A DNA stretch of 64,000 bases from Actinomycetota bacterium. Its GTDB lineage: Bacteria > Actinomycetota > Actinomycetes > Propionibacteriales > Nocardioidaceae. Below, piece by piece: positions 1 through 9,306 of the stretch (position 1 is its first letter; each line of letters starts with the position of its first letter). The stretch covers positions 28,358-92,357 of the forward strand of contig JBMOMG010000164.1 of assembly GCA_049323155.1 (NCBI GenBank), given 5' to 3'. Under the pieces are notes generated by a model. That model was not told the DNA's origin. It searched no databases and was given only the letters and a program-made list of their open reading frames with translations. The translations under genes and the position numbers were made by a program.

Positions 1-393
1 GTAGGCGAGCGTCACCATCGCCAGGAACAGCCCACTGACGCGGAGGGTAGGGATCACCAGCACTCCTCCCACGACCACGAAGCCAACCGCGATGAGAGCG
101 AATACCGACCAGAGCGGCATGGACGTGTTGAGCACGAGCCAACCGGTGGCATAGGCCCCGGCCCCGAAGATGGCGCCATGACCCATCGAGACGCCTCCGG
201 ACAGACCGAACAGGAGGTTCAGCCCGGCCGCCGCGATCGTGTAGGCCATCACGACCGTCAGCAGGAAGATGACGTAGACGTCCGACCCGACGCCCCAGGC
301 GATGACCGCGCCCAGGAGCGCCAGACCGCCCAGGTGGCCGGCGACCAGGCTGCGACGGCCGCCCGTGGGCAGGCCGCTATGCGCCTCGCTCAT
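1..393 (-). CDS. livM: Branched-chain amino acid ABC transporter permease (LivM-like), N-terminal part; gene continues beyond window start
   Basis: Manual minus-strand translation from ATG at 393-391 gives MSEAHSGLPTGGRRSLVAGHLGG...TIAAAGLNLLFGLSGGVSMGHGAIFGAGAYATGW, a LivM-type signature. ATGA overlap with the stop of the upstream livH-like gene. Not in the ORF track because it is truncated by the window edge. Confidence 0.7.
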   Translation of the reverse strand, partial: MSEAHSGLPTGGRRSLVAGHLGGLALLGAVIAWGVGSDVYVIFLLTVVMAYTIAAAGLNLLFGLSGGVSMGHGAIFGAGAYATGWLVLNTSMPLWSVFALIAVGFVVVGGVLVIPTLRVSGLFLAMVTLAY

Positions 394-1259
394 GCGGCCC
401 GCACCACCTTTGCCCGCGCGAGGCCTGAGGGCCGGACGATCAGCAGGGCAAGCAGGACAATCAGCGGGACTGCGTCCTGCACGGCCGTGCCGAGGTAGTA
501 GGCCACGAAGCCCTCGATGCCTCCGAGCGCCAGAGCGCCGGTGAGCGCCAGCCCGGGACTCGCGAAGCCGCCGATCGCGGCGGCGGTGAAGCCCTTGATC
601 AGAACCCCCATGGCCATTTCAGGGCTCGGGCTGAGCAGGTGGCCGACGAGGAGACCGGAGATCGCCGCGAGCGCACCGGAAGCAATCCAGACCGAGAACG
701 CGATGACCCCGGGGCGAGAGCCCCCGAGCTGCGAAGCGACAGGGTTGTCCGCCGCACCGCGGATCCGCAGACCCAGTGAGGTGTAGCGCATCAGTGCCGC
801 GAACAACCCGGCCGCGGCCAGCGCGACCGCCACGACGATGACGTGCATCGTGTTCACGCGGGAGCCGGCAAACTCGAAGCTGTCGCTAGGGAGGAACTCG
901 TGGAAGACGGGCGCCCGCGGGCCCCATATAAGACGGATCGCTGCGGCACCAATCACCATCAGCGCGACCGTCGCCAAGACTGCGTTCAACTCGCCATGCT
1001 TCTCGGCACGCGCCACGACGAGCGCTTGCGCTCCCCCGGACACGAGCGCGATCAAAACGATCGTGATCGTCACGGCGAGGGCCACCGAGACGCCGGAGCC
1101 GTCGAGCGCCACGAACACGTAGACGGCCAGGGCTGCCAGGAGACCTTGGAAGAAGTTGATCACGCGAGTTGCCGTGTAGACCGCAACGAGTCCCACTGCG
1201 AGAAGCCCATAGACGGCTCCGGCCGAGAGACCTGGAAGCGCAACACTCCAGAAGTCCAC
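390..1259 (-). CDS. livH: Branched-chain amino acid ABC transporter permease (LivH-like)
   Basis: Part of ORF 390..1421. The polytopic membrane sequence from VDFWSVALPGLSAGAVYGLLAVGLVAVY onward resembles LivH N-termini. Start trimmed to the GTG at 1259 (289 aa); the upstream extension is Arg/Pro-rich and not protein-like. Confidence 0.8.
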   Translation of the reverse strand: MDFWSVALPGLSAGAVYGLLAVGLVAVYTATRVINFFQGLLAALAVYVFVALDGSGVSVALAVTITIVLIALVSGGAQALVVARAEKHGELNAVLATVALMVIGAAAIRLIWGPRAPVFHEFLPSDSFEFAGSRVNTMHVIVVAVALAAAGLFAALMRYTSLGLRIRGAADNPVASQLGGSRPGVIAFSVWIASGALAAISGLLVGHLLSPSPEMAMGVLIKGFTAAAIGGFASPGLALTGALALGGIEGFVAYYLGTAVQDAVPLIVLLALLIVRPSGLARAKVVRAA

Positions 1260-1567
1260 GCGCTCACCTCCGATCAGTTCGTAATACGAGATGACCGTAG
1301 TCCCATCTGATCGTATGGCGCAAGGGCCTGAGTGATTGTCATCACTTCGCCACCGCCCGGGGTAGGGCGTGCGACGCCAACCAGACGCGACGGCCGTCGG
1401 CCGGCTAGGCGTTCTGAGCACGGATATGGGTACGGCGTGCCTGCTGGACCATCACGAAGAACAAAGCCCTCCGTTTCGCCGGCGGGAGGAACCGGGCAGG
1501 CCTTCACGCCGCTCCCATCCACCGTCCACCCGCGAAAGGAGCACAGTCCGATGTCCCAGGTCTCTAA

Positions 1568-2084
1568 CGTGAAGGGCGGCGTCCCCAGGGGCGCGGCAGA
1601 AGATGGAGCGACTTCTCTCCCGCCGATGACTGCCGAAGGGGCACAAGATCCGCACCGTCCCGCTCGCCGACCGCGTCCTTGAGCTCATCAACCACCACGT
1701 CACGCGCTACCCGCCGCGCTCGGTGCCGCTGCCCTGGGACAAGAGCGACGGGGCGGAACGGACCTAGACCTGATCCTGTACTCGCGGGAGTCGCGGGCAC
1801 TCAACCGCAATCACTTCAACCCGAAGATCCGGCGTCCAGCGCTACGCGCGGCCGGCCTGGAGGCAAAGCGCGAGAACGGCTGCCACGCGCTGCGGCACCT
1901 CCACGCCAGTACGCTCTTGGACGCCGGCGAGTCGATCCTCGCGCTGAGCGAGTACCTTGGGCACGCGGACCCAGGCTTCACCCTCAGGACCTACACACAT
2001 CTGATGCCGTCGTCAACGGAGCGTGCGAATGCGACCATCGCCGCGATGCTGAGCGTACCGAGTGCACCCCATAAGGCGTCATAG
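1568..2084 (+). pseudogene. Decayed tyrosine recombinase (phage-type integrase) remnant, catalytic C-terminal half only, at least two frameshifts
   Basis: Manual three-frame reading gives RRWSDFSPADD (frame 2), then KGHKIRTVPLADRVLELINHH...PLPWDKSDGAERT* (frame 1). Frame 0 follows with DLILYSRESRALNRNHFNPKIRRPALRAAGLEAKRENGCHALRHLHASTLLDAGESILALSEYLGHADPGFTLRTYTHLMPS, ending at TAG 2082-2084. The HxLRH ... LGH ... Y pattern is the tyrosine recombinase catalytic region. No N-terminal domain is present. Confidence 0.6.
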
Positions 2085-2127
2085 GAGTTGTTTCCGCAGG
2101 CCAACGCCCTGAGGTACTCACTACTAC

Positions 2128-2190
2128 GACATCTGATCCGTGACGCTGGGGACTGCTGCAGGGATAGGTGACATCTGATCCGTAACGCTG
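2128..2190 (+). repeat. Two 21-bp direct repeats (20/21 identical), 42-bp period
   Basis: gacatctgatccgtgacgctg at 2128-2148 and gacatctgatccgtaacgctg at 2170-2190. They lie between the integrase remnant and the first ICE gene. Confidence 0.9.
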
Positions 2191-2208
2191 AGAAGGCGTC
2201 GCGGGGTA

Positions 2209-3054
2209 TCAGGCCGAACGCGGTACGGGGGCTCGGGCGGACTGCGTGTTGAGGTCGACGTCTGCTTCCTTCTCCCAACTTCGACACCAACGGCGTACGG
2301 TCGACTCGTCCTTGCTGACCTGCGCGGCCCGGAGGACCTCCTTCGCGTTGACCGGTTGACCGGCGTGAAGCTGGCTCCAAACCTCGAACGCACGTTGCCG
2401 CTCGGGGTTGCGCGGGTAGCGCGCCCCGCTCACCTCCACGGACGTCGGAACGGTGTCTTGCACGCTTGCGCGCTTGGGGGCCGAGGCGTCTGAGCGTTCG
2501 GCAGGCCGCGCAGTTCTTCGCTTCGAGCCGGGCGTTCGCACGGAGTCCCGTTCTCCCAGGTGGGCGAGCCCGAAGTGGATCTTGTCCGGGTCGTCGACGA
2601 GGACGTGCCGACTGACTCCGGAGTTCATCGCGCGGCCGTAGACGTGGATCCCGTAGGCCACGATGATCGGCGGCGCTGATCCGAACATGCCGGCGAGGAT
2701 GCGCGGGAAGTCTGGGTCCATCTTGTCGAGGGCGTGGGCAACGTTGCCGGCGATGGACAGCGCGAGTACGAAGAACAGTCCGAGCCACTCCGATGCGCGT
2801 GCGCTTAACCGCTCGCCGGCCCCTTGTGAGCGGATGATGCCAAGCGACGCGATGACTGCGAAGCCGTCGATGGCGAGCGGGAGCAGGGGCGCGGCCCAGT
2901 CCAGGCCCATTCGCAGGCCGGCGTCACGCAGTGCCTGGAAGGAGATGACCGCGGCGATCACCGCCACCGCCAGCTGCACGTACAGCGACCACCGCTCGAG
3001 CCGGAACGTGCGCTCCTCCTGCACGGTGAAGCTGCGGGCGGCTGCCCGAGTCAT
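2209..3054 (-). CDS. DUF2637-like membrane protein (common ICE/plasmid backbone gene in actinobacteria)
   Basis: ORF 2209..3804 trimmed to ATG at 3054. The N-terminus MTRAAARSFTVQEERTFRLERWSLYVQLAVAVIAAVISFQALRDAG is followed by 3-4 TM helices and a C-terminal HTH-like tail (STVRRWCRSWEKE). The upstream 250 codons are Arg/Pro-rich and not protein-like. Confidence 0.6.
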   Translation of the reverse strand: MTRAAARSFTVQEERTFRLERWSLYVQLAVAVIAAVISFQALRDAGLRMGLDWAAPLLPLAIDGFAVIASLGIIRSQGAGERLSARASEWLGLFFVLALSIAGNVAHALDKMDPDFPRILAGMFGSAPPIIVAYGIHVYGRAMNSGVSRHVLVDDPDKIHFGLAHLGERDSVRTPGSKRRTARPAERSDASAPKRASVQDTVPTSVEVSGARYPRNPERQRAFEVWSQLHAGQPVNAKEVLRAAQVSKDESTVRRWCRSWEKEADVDLNTQSARAPVPRSA

Positions 3055-3497
3055 GCGCGCTCCTCGACCGCGTAAATCCTCCGAACGCCCGTGCCGCACG
3101 GAGCGAGCGGGCGCGCGCGCAGACCACCAGACGACGTCGCGGCACCCCGAGCGATGGATGGGCCATGCGCGCCAAGCGCGCGGGCAAGCTTCGGGCACGG
3201 CCAGCACAGCCGTGTGGGCAGCCCACGTGCGCGTCGGCGGGTACGACAGGTAAGCGTCGAGGGTTCGGTCATCCGGCACCTTCTTCATCGTTGGATCAGC
3301 CTGCCCGGGCAACGGGGTCGAGACCGCGCACGATGCCGTTCCAACTGGAGCGCGCGTGGGCGGGCAGAGCAGGTACTGACAGACCGTGCCGCCGCCTGGA
3401 TCCGCGAGACAAGCGCACCGGCCCGGACCTCGGTTGCGGTCAGCAGGGCAACCGTCGTCATCTGGAACCCGGGCTGGTGCTCTGGTGTGGTCACGTC

Positions 3498-4472
3498 GTG
3501 GACCCCATAGACGCTTCCCCCGACCTGGTCGTCGAGGACCGGTTCGCGATCGTGCCCGAGTGGCTCCTGGACTCCGACATCGGCGATGCCGCAGTGCGTC
3601 TGTACGCGGTGCTGCTGCGCTACGGCCAGTCGTCGGGCTCCCGGATGCCGTCACGAGCCACGCTCGCCCGTCGGCTGCGGAAGAGGTCGACCGACTCGGT
3701 GGATCGGGCGATGAAGGAGCTCGTAGGGATCGGCGCGGTGCGGATCGAGCACAGGTACGACGGCGCACAACGACTGACGAATGCCTACCACCTTCGAACC
3801 TCACGGCCAGGTGGCAGCGAACCTCCCAGCCCGACCGATACGGGTAGCCGCAAATCTGCGGCTACCCCCGCCAGTCCACCCAGGGGTGGCCGCAAGGATG
3901 CGGGCAGAGTGGCCGCAGTTTCCGGGCATGACCCAGAGCACTTGACCCAGAACACCTCCCCCACCGAATCGCGACGATCCCCGAAGGGCGCAGCGGTTGT
4001 CGAGCAGGAGGTGGCCACCGAGTGCGGCATCGAGGACTGGGCGCAGTTCGTCGCCGAGGTCCAGGAGGTACGACGTCAGCTCGGCGCCCCGATCACCCGC
4101 TGGGCGGGCCCTTGTCTCGCCGCCGCACTGCAGCTGGCCACCCGGGGTCGCGGCTGGCCGCCAGAGCAGGCAGGACAGGCACTCCGCCGGGTCGCCGCTG
4201 ACCCGATGACGAGAAGCCCGATGCGAGTCGCCGAGGCCGGCCCCTGGTGGGACGAGGCACCACCCGAGGTCACCCGCGGCGACCTCGACCAGCTGCGGAC
4301 GATGGAGGCCGCTCTCCTGGAGTCCGGCGGGATCCGGATCGAGCTTCAGCGCCAGGCGCGCCGAGCACTCGAAGCAGCCGGGCTCCCGATCACCCGGGAT
4401 GCTGTCACGCGCGGCGCTTACCAGCTCCTCCTCGCACGCGGCGGAACCGATGACACCACCGGGGCCGCGTGA
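3498..4472 (+). CDS. Helix-turn-helix / replication-initiator-like protein upstream of the relaxase
   Basis: ORF 3165..4472 trimmed to GTG 3498. Winged-helix-like segment FAIVPEWLLDSDIGDAAVRLYAVLLRYGQSSGSRMPSRATLARRLRKRSTDSVDRAMKELVGIGAV. Its stop overlaps the relaxase start. Confidence 0.5.
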   Translation: MDPIDASPDLVVEDRFAIVPEWLLDSDIGDAAVRLYAVLLRYGQSSGSRMPSRATLARRLRKRSTDSVDRAMKELVGIGAVRIEHRYDGAQRLTNAYHLRTSRPGGSEPPSPTDTGSRKSAATPASPPRGGRKDAGRVAAVSGHDPEHLTQNTSPTESRRSPKGAAVVEQEVATECGIEDWAQFVAEVQEVRRQLGAPITRWAGPCLAAALQLATRGRGWPPEQAGQALRRVAADPMTRSPMRVAEAGPWWDEAPPEVTRGDLDQLRTMEAALLESGGIRIELQRQARRALEAAGLPITRDAVTRGAYQLLLARGGTDDTTGAA

Positions 4473-7400
4473 TGATGACCCTGCACAAGCTCCACGCCGG
4501 TGACGGGTACACCTACCTCACCCGTCAGGTCGCCGCCGGCGACGAAGGAAGATCGCCGGGTCAGGAGCTGGCCGACTACTACACCGCGTCCGGCAACCCG
4601 CCTGGCCGCTGGATGGGCGCCGGCGCGAAGGACCTCGCGGTCGAGGGGCGGGTTCGCGAGGATCAGATGCGGGCCCTGTTCGGCAAGGGCATGCACCCCG
4701 ACGCCGAGCAGATCATCACCCTCGAGGTCGCCGCCGGCCGCAACCGGTCCGAGGCAGCGCGTGCGGCGAAGCTCGGCCGGGCGTTCCCGGCGTACACTCC
4801 CCTGCTCCCTCGGGCCGATCGCGTCACCGGCCGCGTCACCGACTTCACGGCCGAGTACGGACGACCCCCGACGAGCCAGGAGCGCTCACGGATCGAGGCG
4901 GAAGAGGCACGGCGTGAGCGTCGCGCAGTCGCCGGCTACGACCTGGTGTTCACCCCGGTCAAGAGCGTCTCCCTGCTGTGGGCGCTCGGGTCGGCCGCGA
5001 CCCGCGAGCAGGTCGAGGCCGCCCACCATGACGCGGTCGCCGACACGCTGGTCTGGCTGGAGCGCGAGACCGCGTTCGCGCGGGTCGGCGACAAGGGCGA
5101 GGCGCAGATCGAGACCCGCGGGTTCCTCGCCGCGGCGTTCGACCACCGCGACTCCCGCGCCGGCGATCCCGACCTGCACACCCATCTGGCGATCTCCAAC
5201 AAGGTCCGCGCCCGCCACGACCATCCCGACGGGCGGCCGCGGTGGCTGTCGCTGGATGCCCGGGTGATCCACGCCGCCGCGGTGGCTGCCAGCGAGCGGT
5301 ACAACACCCGCCTCGAGGAGGCCCTCACCCGACGCTTGGGCGTTGAGTTCACCGAGCGCGCCGAGACGGTACGCCGGGACAAGCGGCCGGTCCGCGAGAT
5401 CGCCGGAATGCCCGTCGTACTCATCAAGCACTTCTCCAGGCGTCGAGCCGCGATCGAGGACCGCTACCGCGAGCTCGCCGCGGACTACCGGCGCAGCCAC
5501 GGCCACGAACCGCCACGGGAGGCGCAGCTCAAGCTCGCCCAGCAGGCGACCCTGGAGACCCGCGTGAGCAAGGCTGCGCCCACCTCCCTGGCCGAGAAGA
5601 TCGCAGGTTGGCGCGAGGAGGCAGCCACCGCCCTCGGCGCTGTCGGCCTCGCCGACCTCGAACACCACATGCTGCACCGCGACGTCGCGACCACCAAGGA
5701 TCTCCCGGTCGATGAGATCGCGGCCGCCGTGCTCGCGGTCGTGTCGGAGGAGAAGGCGACCTGGACGAAGTGGAACCTCATCGCCGAGACCGAACGGCAG
5801 CTGCGCGCACACCGCTTCCCCACCAGCGCAGACCGAGACGCCGCCACGAACGCGGTCGTTGCCCGCGCCACGGCTACCGACCTCTCGGTGCGGCTCACCC
5901 CAGACGTCGACCTCGACCTCACCGCCGAGCAGGAACAAGCAACCGGTACGTCGCTGCGCAGGTCCACCGGGGACAGCGTGTTCACCCAGCACGGCGCCGC
6001 CCGATACACCACCCGCGACATCCTTGCCGCCGAAAAGCGCCTCCTCGACACCGCAGTCCAACACACCCGCTACGGACTGACCCGGGAAATGGTCACCGAG
6101 CTCGTCGGCGCTTTCGAGCAGCGCTACCACCTGACCCTGGACGCCGGCCAACGTGCGCTGGTGCTCGCCTTCGCCGCCGACCCGCGCCGACTCGTCGTCG
6201 GCATCGGCCCCGCGGGTGCAGGGAAGACCACCGCTATGAAGGCCGTCTCCGAAGCCTGGCGCACGACGGGCCGCCGCGTCGTACCGCTGGCGCCCTCGGC
6301 CGCGGCCGCCGAGGTGCTGGCCACCGAGCTCGGCTGCCGCGCGGAGAACCTGCACAAGTTCCAGCACGCCCACACCGCCGAAGGCTCGGTCGATGACCCG
6401 TGGTTCACGCTCCACCCCGGCGACCTGGTCCTCGTCGACGAGGCCGGGATGGCCGGCACCCGCAGACTCGACTGGCTGGTGACCTACTCGCGCGAACGCG
6501 GCGCCGTCGTCCGGCTCCTCGGCGACCCCGCCCAGATGTCCGCGGTCGAAGCCGGCGGAGCGCTCCGGCTACTGGTCAATGACGTCGGAGCCGTCGAGCT
6601 CAACCACCTGCACCGGTTCACCGACCCCGACGAATCCGCCGCCACCCTCCAGCTGCGCGACGGCCGCCCCGAGGCCCTCGACTTCTACTTCGCCCGCGAC
6701 CGGGTCACCTCAGGCAGCAGCGAAGCCATGCTCGAGGACAGCTACGAGGCCTGGGCCGCCGACACCCGCCATGGCCTGACCAGCCTGCTGATCGCCTCCA
6801 CCGGCCGCGACGTCACCGCCCTCAACGCACGCGCCCGACTCGAACGCCTCCACAACGGCGACGTCTCCCCCGACGCGGTCAGACTGCACGACGGGAACCA
6901 GGCCGGTGTCGGCGACCGCATCGTCACCCGCACCAACCACCGCCAGCTGACCACCCAAGGCGGCCGGGACTTCGTCAAGAACGGCGACATCTGGACCGTC
7001 GAACAACACCACCGCGACGGCGACCTCACCGTCCGCCACCACCGCCACGGCGGCCGTGTGCGTCTCCCCGCCGAATACGTCGCAGCCTCCGTCGAGCTCG
7101 GCTACGCCACCACCACCGCCCGTGCACAGGGCATGACCGTCGACACCGCCCACGTCCTCGTCGACTCCAGCACCAGCCGCGAGTCGCTCTACGTCGCCGC
7201 CACCCGCGGCCGCCACGGGACACGGCTCTACGTCGCCACCGAGGAGCTATTCGGGATCGATGCCGAACGCCCACCCGCCCCCGCCCTCAGCGCACGAGAC
7301 ATCCTCACCGACACCCTGCACCGCGAGAGCGTCGAACGCTCGGCCACCGAAGTACGCCGCGACGCCACAACCCAAGCAGTCGAAGAACAACGAGCCGGTC

Positions 7401-7747
7401 GCAGATACCTCCACGACACCGTGCTACGCGATCGTCACATCGGGACCGTCACCCGAGCACTCGGAACAACCATCGCCAGGGACGTCATCAATGACCCCGC
7501 CTTCTCTACGCTCACCCAGACCCTCGCCGCCCTCGAGAAGACGGGACATGACCCCGTCCGGAGCCTGCGGCGGGCAGCACAGCGTCACGAGCTGCAATCC
7601 GCCGAATCGGTCGCCAAAGTCCTGAACCACCGACTGGAGCTGATCGCGCCGAGCGTCAAGGGCGTCACCGAGGGGGCGAGTCCCGTCGCCCCGACCGATC
7701 TGACGCTTCGGCGGACGCGGTCAGGGTCCGTTAGCCCCGGACTGTGA
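4469..7747 (+). CDS. MobF-family conjugative relaxase (TrwC-type relaxase domain plus P-loop helicase domain)
   Basis: N-terminus MTLHKLHAGDGYTYLTRQVAAGD. Histidine triad region DHRDSRAGDPDLHTHLAISNKV. Walker A GIGPAGAGKTTAMKAV, then LVLVDEAGMAGT. Length 1092 aa. Confidence 0.9.
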   Translation: MMMTLHKLHAGDGYTYLTRQVAAGDEGRSPGQELADYYTASGNPPGRWMGAGAKDLAVEGRVREDQMRALFGKGMHPDAEQIITLEVAAGRNRSEAARAAKLGRAFPAYTPLLPRADRVTGRVTDFTAEYGRPPTSQERSRIEAEEARRERRAVAGYDLVFTPVKSVSLLWALGSAATREQVEAAHHDAVADTLVWLERETAFARVGDKGEAQIETRGFLAAAFDHRDSRAGDPDLHTHLAISNKVRARHDHPDGRPRWLSLDARVIHAAAVAASERYNTRLEEALTRRLGVEFTERAETVRRDKRPVREIAGMPVVLIKHFSRRRAAIEDRYRELAADYRRSHGHEPPREAQLKLAQQATLETRVSKAAPTSLAEKIAGWREEAATALGAVGLADLEHHMLHRDVATTKDLPVDEIAAAVLAVVSEEKATWTKWNLIAETERQLRAHRFPTSADRDAATNAVVARATATDLSVRLTPDVDLDLTAEQEQATGTSLRRSTGDSVFTQHGAARYTTRDILAAEKRLLDTAVQHTRYGLTREMVTELVGAFEQRYHLTLDAGQRALVLAFAADPRRLVVGIGPAGAGKTTAMKAVSEAWRTTGRRVVPLAPSAAAAEVLATELGCRAENLHKFQHAHTAEGSVDDPWFTLHPGDLVLVDEAGMAGTRRLDWLVTYSRERGAVVRLLGDPAQMSAVEAGGALRLLVNDVGAVELNHLHRFTDPDESAATLQLRDGRPEALDFYFARDRVTSGSSEAMLEDSYEAWAADTRHGLTSLLIASTGRDVTALNARARLERLHNGDVSPDAVRLHDGNQAGVGDRIVTRTNHRQLTTQGGRDFVKNGDIWTVEQHHRDGDLTVRHHRHGGRVRLPAEYVAASVELGYATTTARAQGMTVDTAHVLVDSSTSRESLYVAATRGRHGTRLYVATEELFGIDAERPPAPALSARDILTDTLHRESVERSATEVRRDATTQAVEEQRAGRRYLHDTVLRDRHIGTVTRALGTTIARDVINDPAFSTLTQTLAALEKTGHDPVRSLRRAAQRHELQSAESVAKVLNHRLELIAPSVKGVTEGASPVAPTDLTLRRTRSGSVSPGL

Positions 7748-8010
7748 ACCCGCCGCCCACGCGGCTGCTAGACACCGGAGGCGGCGCGGCAGCATGCGGC
7801 CGGCGCACGCACAACCGGCACGTAGCGAAGACGGTCACTAGTCTCCGGGTCACCTCGGACGACCACTGACATGGCGCAACTTGCTCCGCTCGGCGGACCG
7901 CGCCGACCTAGTCCGACTTGCGGCGGTAAGGCGCTAATCATGCATCGACATCGACGCCCTCTTGTGCGACAGTCTAACCATCTGTCACATAATCGCCCAA
8001 GGAGTTTCAA

Positions 8011-8427
8011 ATGACGAGCTATGCCAACGCTCTGGCTGAGATCGCTACGACCAGCCAGGACGAGCTCCGAACCGACCTCGAGTCGCTCCGCGCTCAGTCC
8101 GAGAGACTTCACGCCGAGGCCGCATCCGCGGACCGACGAGTGGCGATGCTGGAAGGACTGCTCGATCTCGCGAAATCCTCGACGGAGGGCCCGCATGTCT
8201 TCACGAGCGTTGAGGCTCCGCGGACACTTCACGAGGCGATGGCCGAGGTGTTGCGGACTGCGCCCGAGCGAATGATGCGGGCTGGCGATCTGGCTGCCGC
8301 GATCGAGCGACGCGGGCTTTACAGAATGCGAGACGGCCGGCCGGTTGAAGCGCAACAAATCCACGCTCGGGTCGGCCACTACGGGAACCTGTTCACCAAA
8401 GAAGGGACGTTCATCAAGCTCCAGTGA
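8011..8427 (+). CDS. Hypothetical protein, coiled-coil N-terminus plus HARE-HTH-like winged helix C-terminus
   Basis: Strong RBS (aaggag 7 nt before the ATG). The C-terminal TLHEAMAEVLRTAPERMMRAGDLAAAIERRGLYRMRDGRPVEAQQIHARVGHYGNLFTKEGTFIKL resembles the HARE-HTH pattern. The antisense ORF 7768..8502 is rejected. Confidence 0.5.
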   Translation: MTSYANALAEIATTSQDELRTDLESLRAQSERLHAEAASADRRVAMLEGLLDLAKSSTEGPHVFTSVEAPRTLHEAMAEVLRTAPERMMRAGDLAAAIERRGLYRMRDGRPVEAQQIHARVGHYGNLFTKEGTFIKLQ

Positions 8428-8591
8428 GCCCAGCCCCTCGTCGTGGCCGTTGCGAGAGCAGGCCTGTTTTCGAACCGCGACGGATCCTGTCTGCTGTCGC
8501 ACCTGAACGCGGCGATAAGGCGCTGCCGTTGCGAAGACGGCACTATCCGTGACTGAATCCCTCCGCCCGTGGGCGACAAGTCCGACGATAA

Positions 8592-9200
8592 GTGGCCGGG
8601 AGGCGGCATGCTGAAGCCGTGGAAGAGTTCCTTAGGTATTTGGTCATCATCCTGGGATCGAGTGTTGGAGTGGCGCTGATCAACTGGGCTGCAACGGCAC
8701 GCAACGGCAGAGCTGACCGGGACGCGACAGCCGAACGTCAGACGCGGCAAGAGCGACACGAGGCCACCCTTCAAAGCCAGCGGGAAAACCACGAGGCCAA
8801 GTTGCGGCGCCAGGCAGACCACGACGAGGCGCGAAAGACCTTTCTACCACTAGCAGAGTCGCTAGCCCTCTACTTCACGAAAGAGGCCTTTGACCTCCAC
8901 TGGGCCGAGGTTGGCATTTTCGTCTTCCCATCCACGGAGCGGCCGATCCTCGACAAGAAGGCTGCAGTGGTCGACGCCGTTCGGAGCATCATGTGGGGTC
9001 ACCCCACGAGGGATGTCCGGGAGAAGGCCCAGTCCATCTACAGCGATCTCGTCTCATACTGGTTCGACACCGACCGGCAGCAGGCCAAGTTTTACAGTGA
9101 CGAGAGGATCGGTCTCAGTCAGGACGAGGCCAACAAACTGGAGGAGGCGGCCGAGGAGTTGATTCAGCTAATCCACGCGGACCCGCCTAGAGCAGGCTGA
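8592..9200 (+). CDS. Hypothetical protein with one N-terminal TM helix and a charged coiled-coil segment
   Basis: ORF track 202 aa. LVIILGSSVGVALINWAA is followed by a Q/E/R-rich helix. Start codon uncertain (GTG 8592 or downstream). Confidence 0.4.
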   Translation: MAGRRHAEAVEEFLRYLVIILGSSVGVALINWAATARNGRADRDATAERQTRQERHEATLQSQRENHEAKLRRQADHDEARKTFLPLAESLALYFTKEAFDLHWAEVGIFVFPSTERPILDKKAAVVDAVRSIMWGHPTRDVREKAQSIYSDLVSYWFDTDRQQAKFYSDERIGLSQDEANKLEEAAEELIQLIHADPPRAG

Positions 9201-9306
9201 CCCAGCAGTGCCCGTCCGGTAAACAAGCTCACGCGCAGATCCCCACGTTCGCTCGCGGCGGAAAGACGCAACCCGCCCTTCGGCAATCGGACGTAACTAG
9301 CTGACC

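Noticed and set aside
3055-3804. N-terminal 250-codon extension of ORF 2209..3804
   Set aside because: The extension is Arg/Pro/Ser-rich with no protein-like features. The DUF2637-like sequence starts cleanly at ATG 3054.
4886-6415. 509-aa ORF antisense to the relaxase gene, and similar long antisense or alternative-frame ORFs at 18904..20130, 22897..24066, 25478..26791, 27355..28626, 54282..55526 and 61589..63187
   Set aside because: Each fully overlaps a gene with clear family motifs on the other strand. Their translations are Arg/Gly/Pro/Asp-rich low-complexity sequence, typical of non-coding frames in high-GC DNA.
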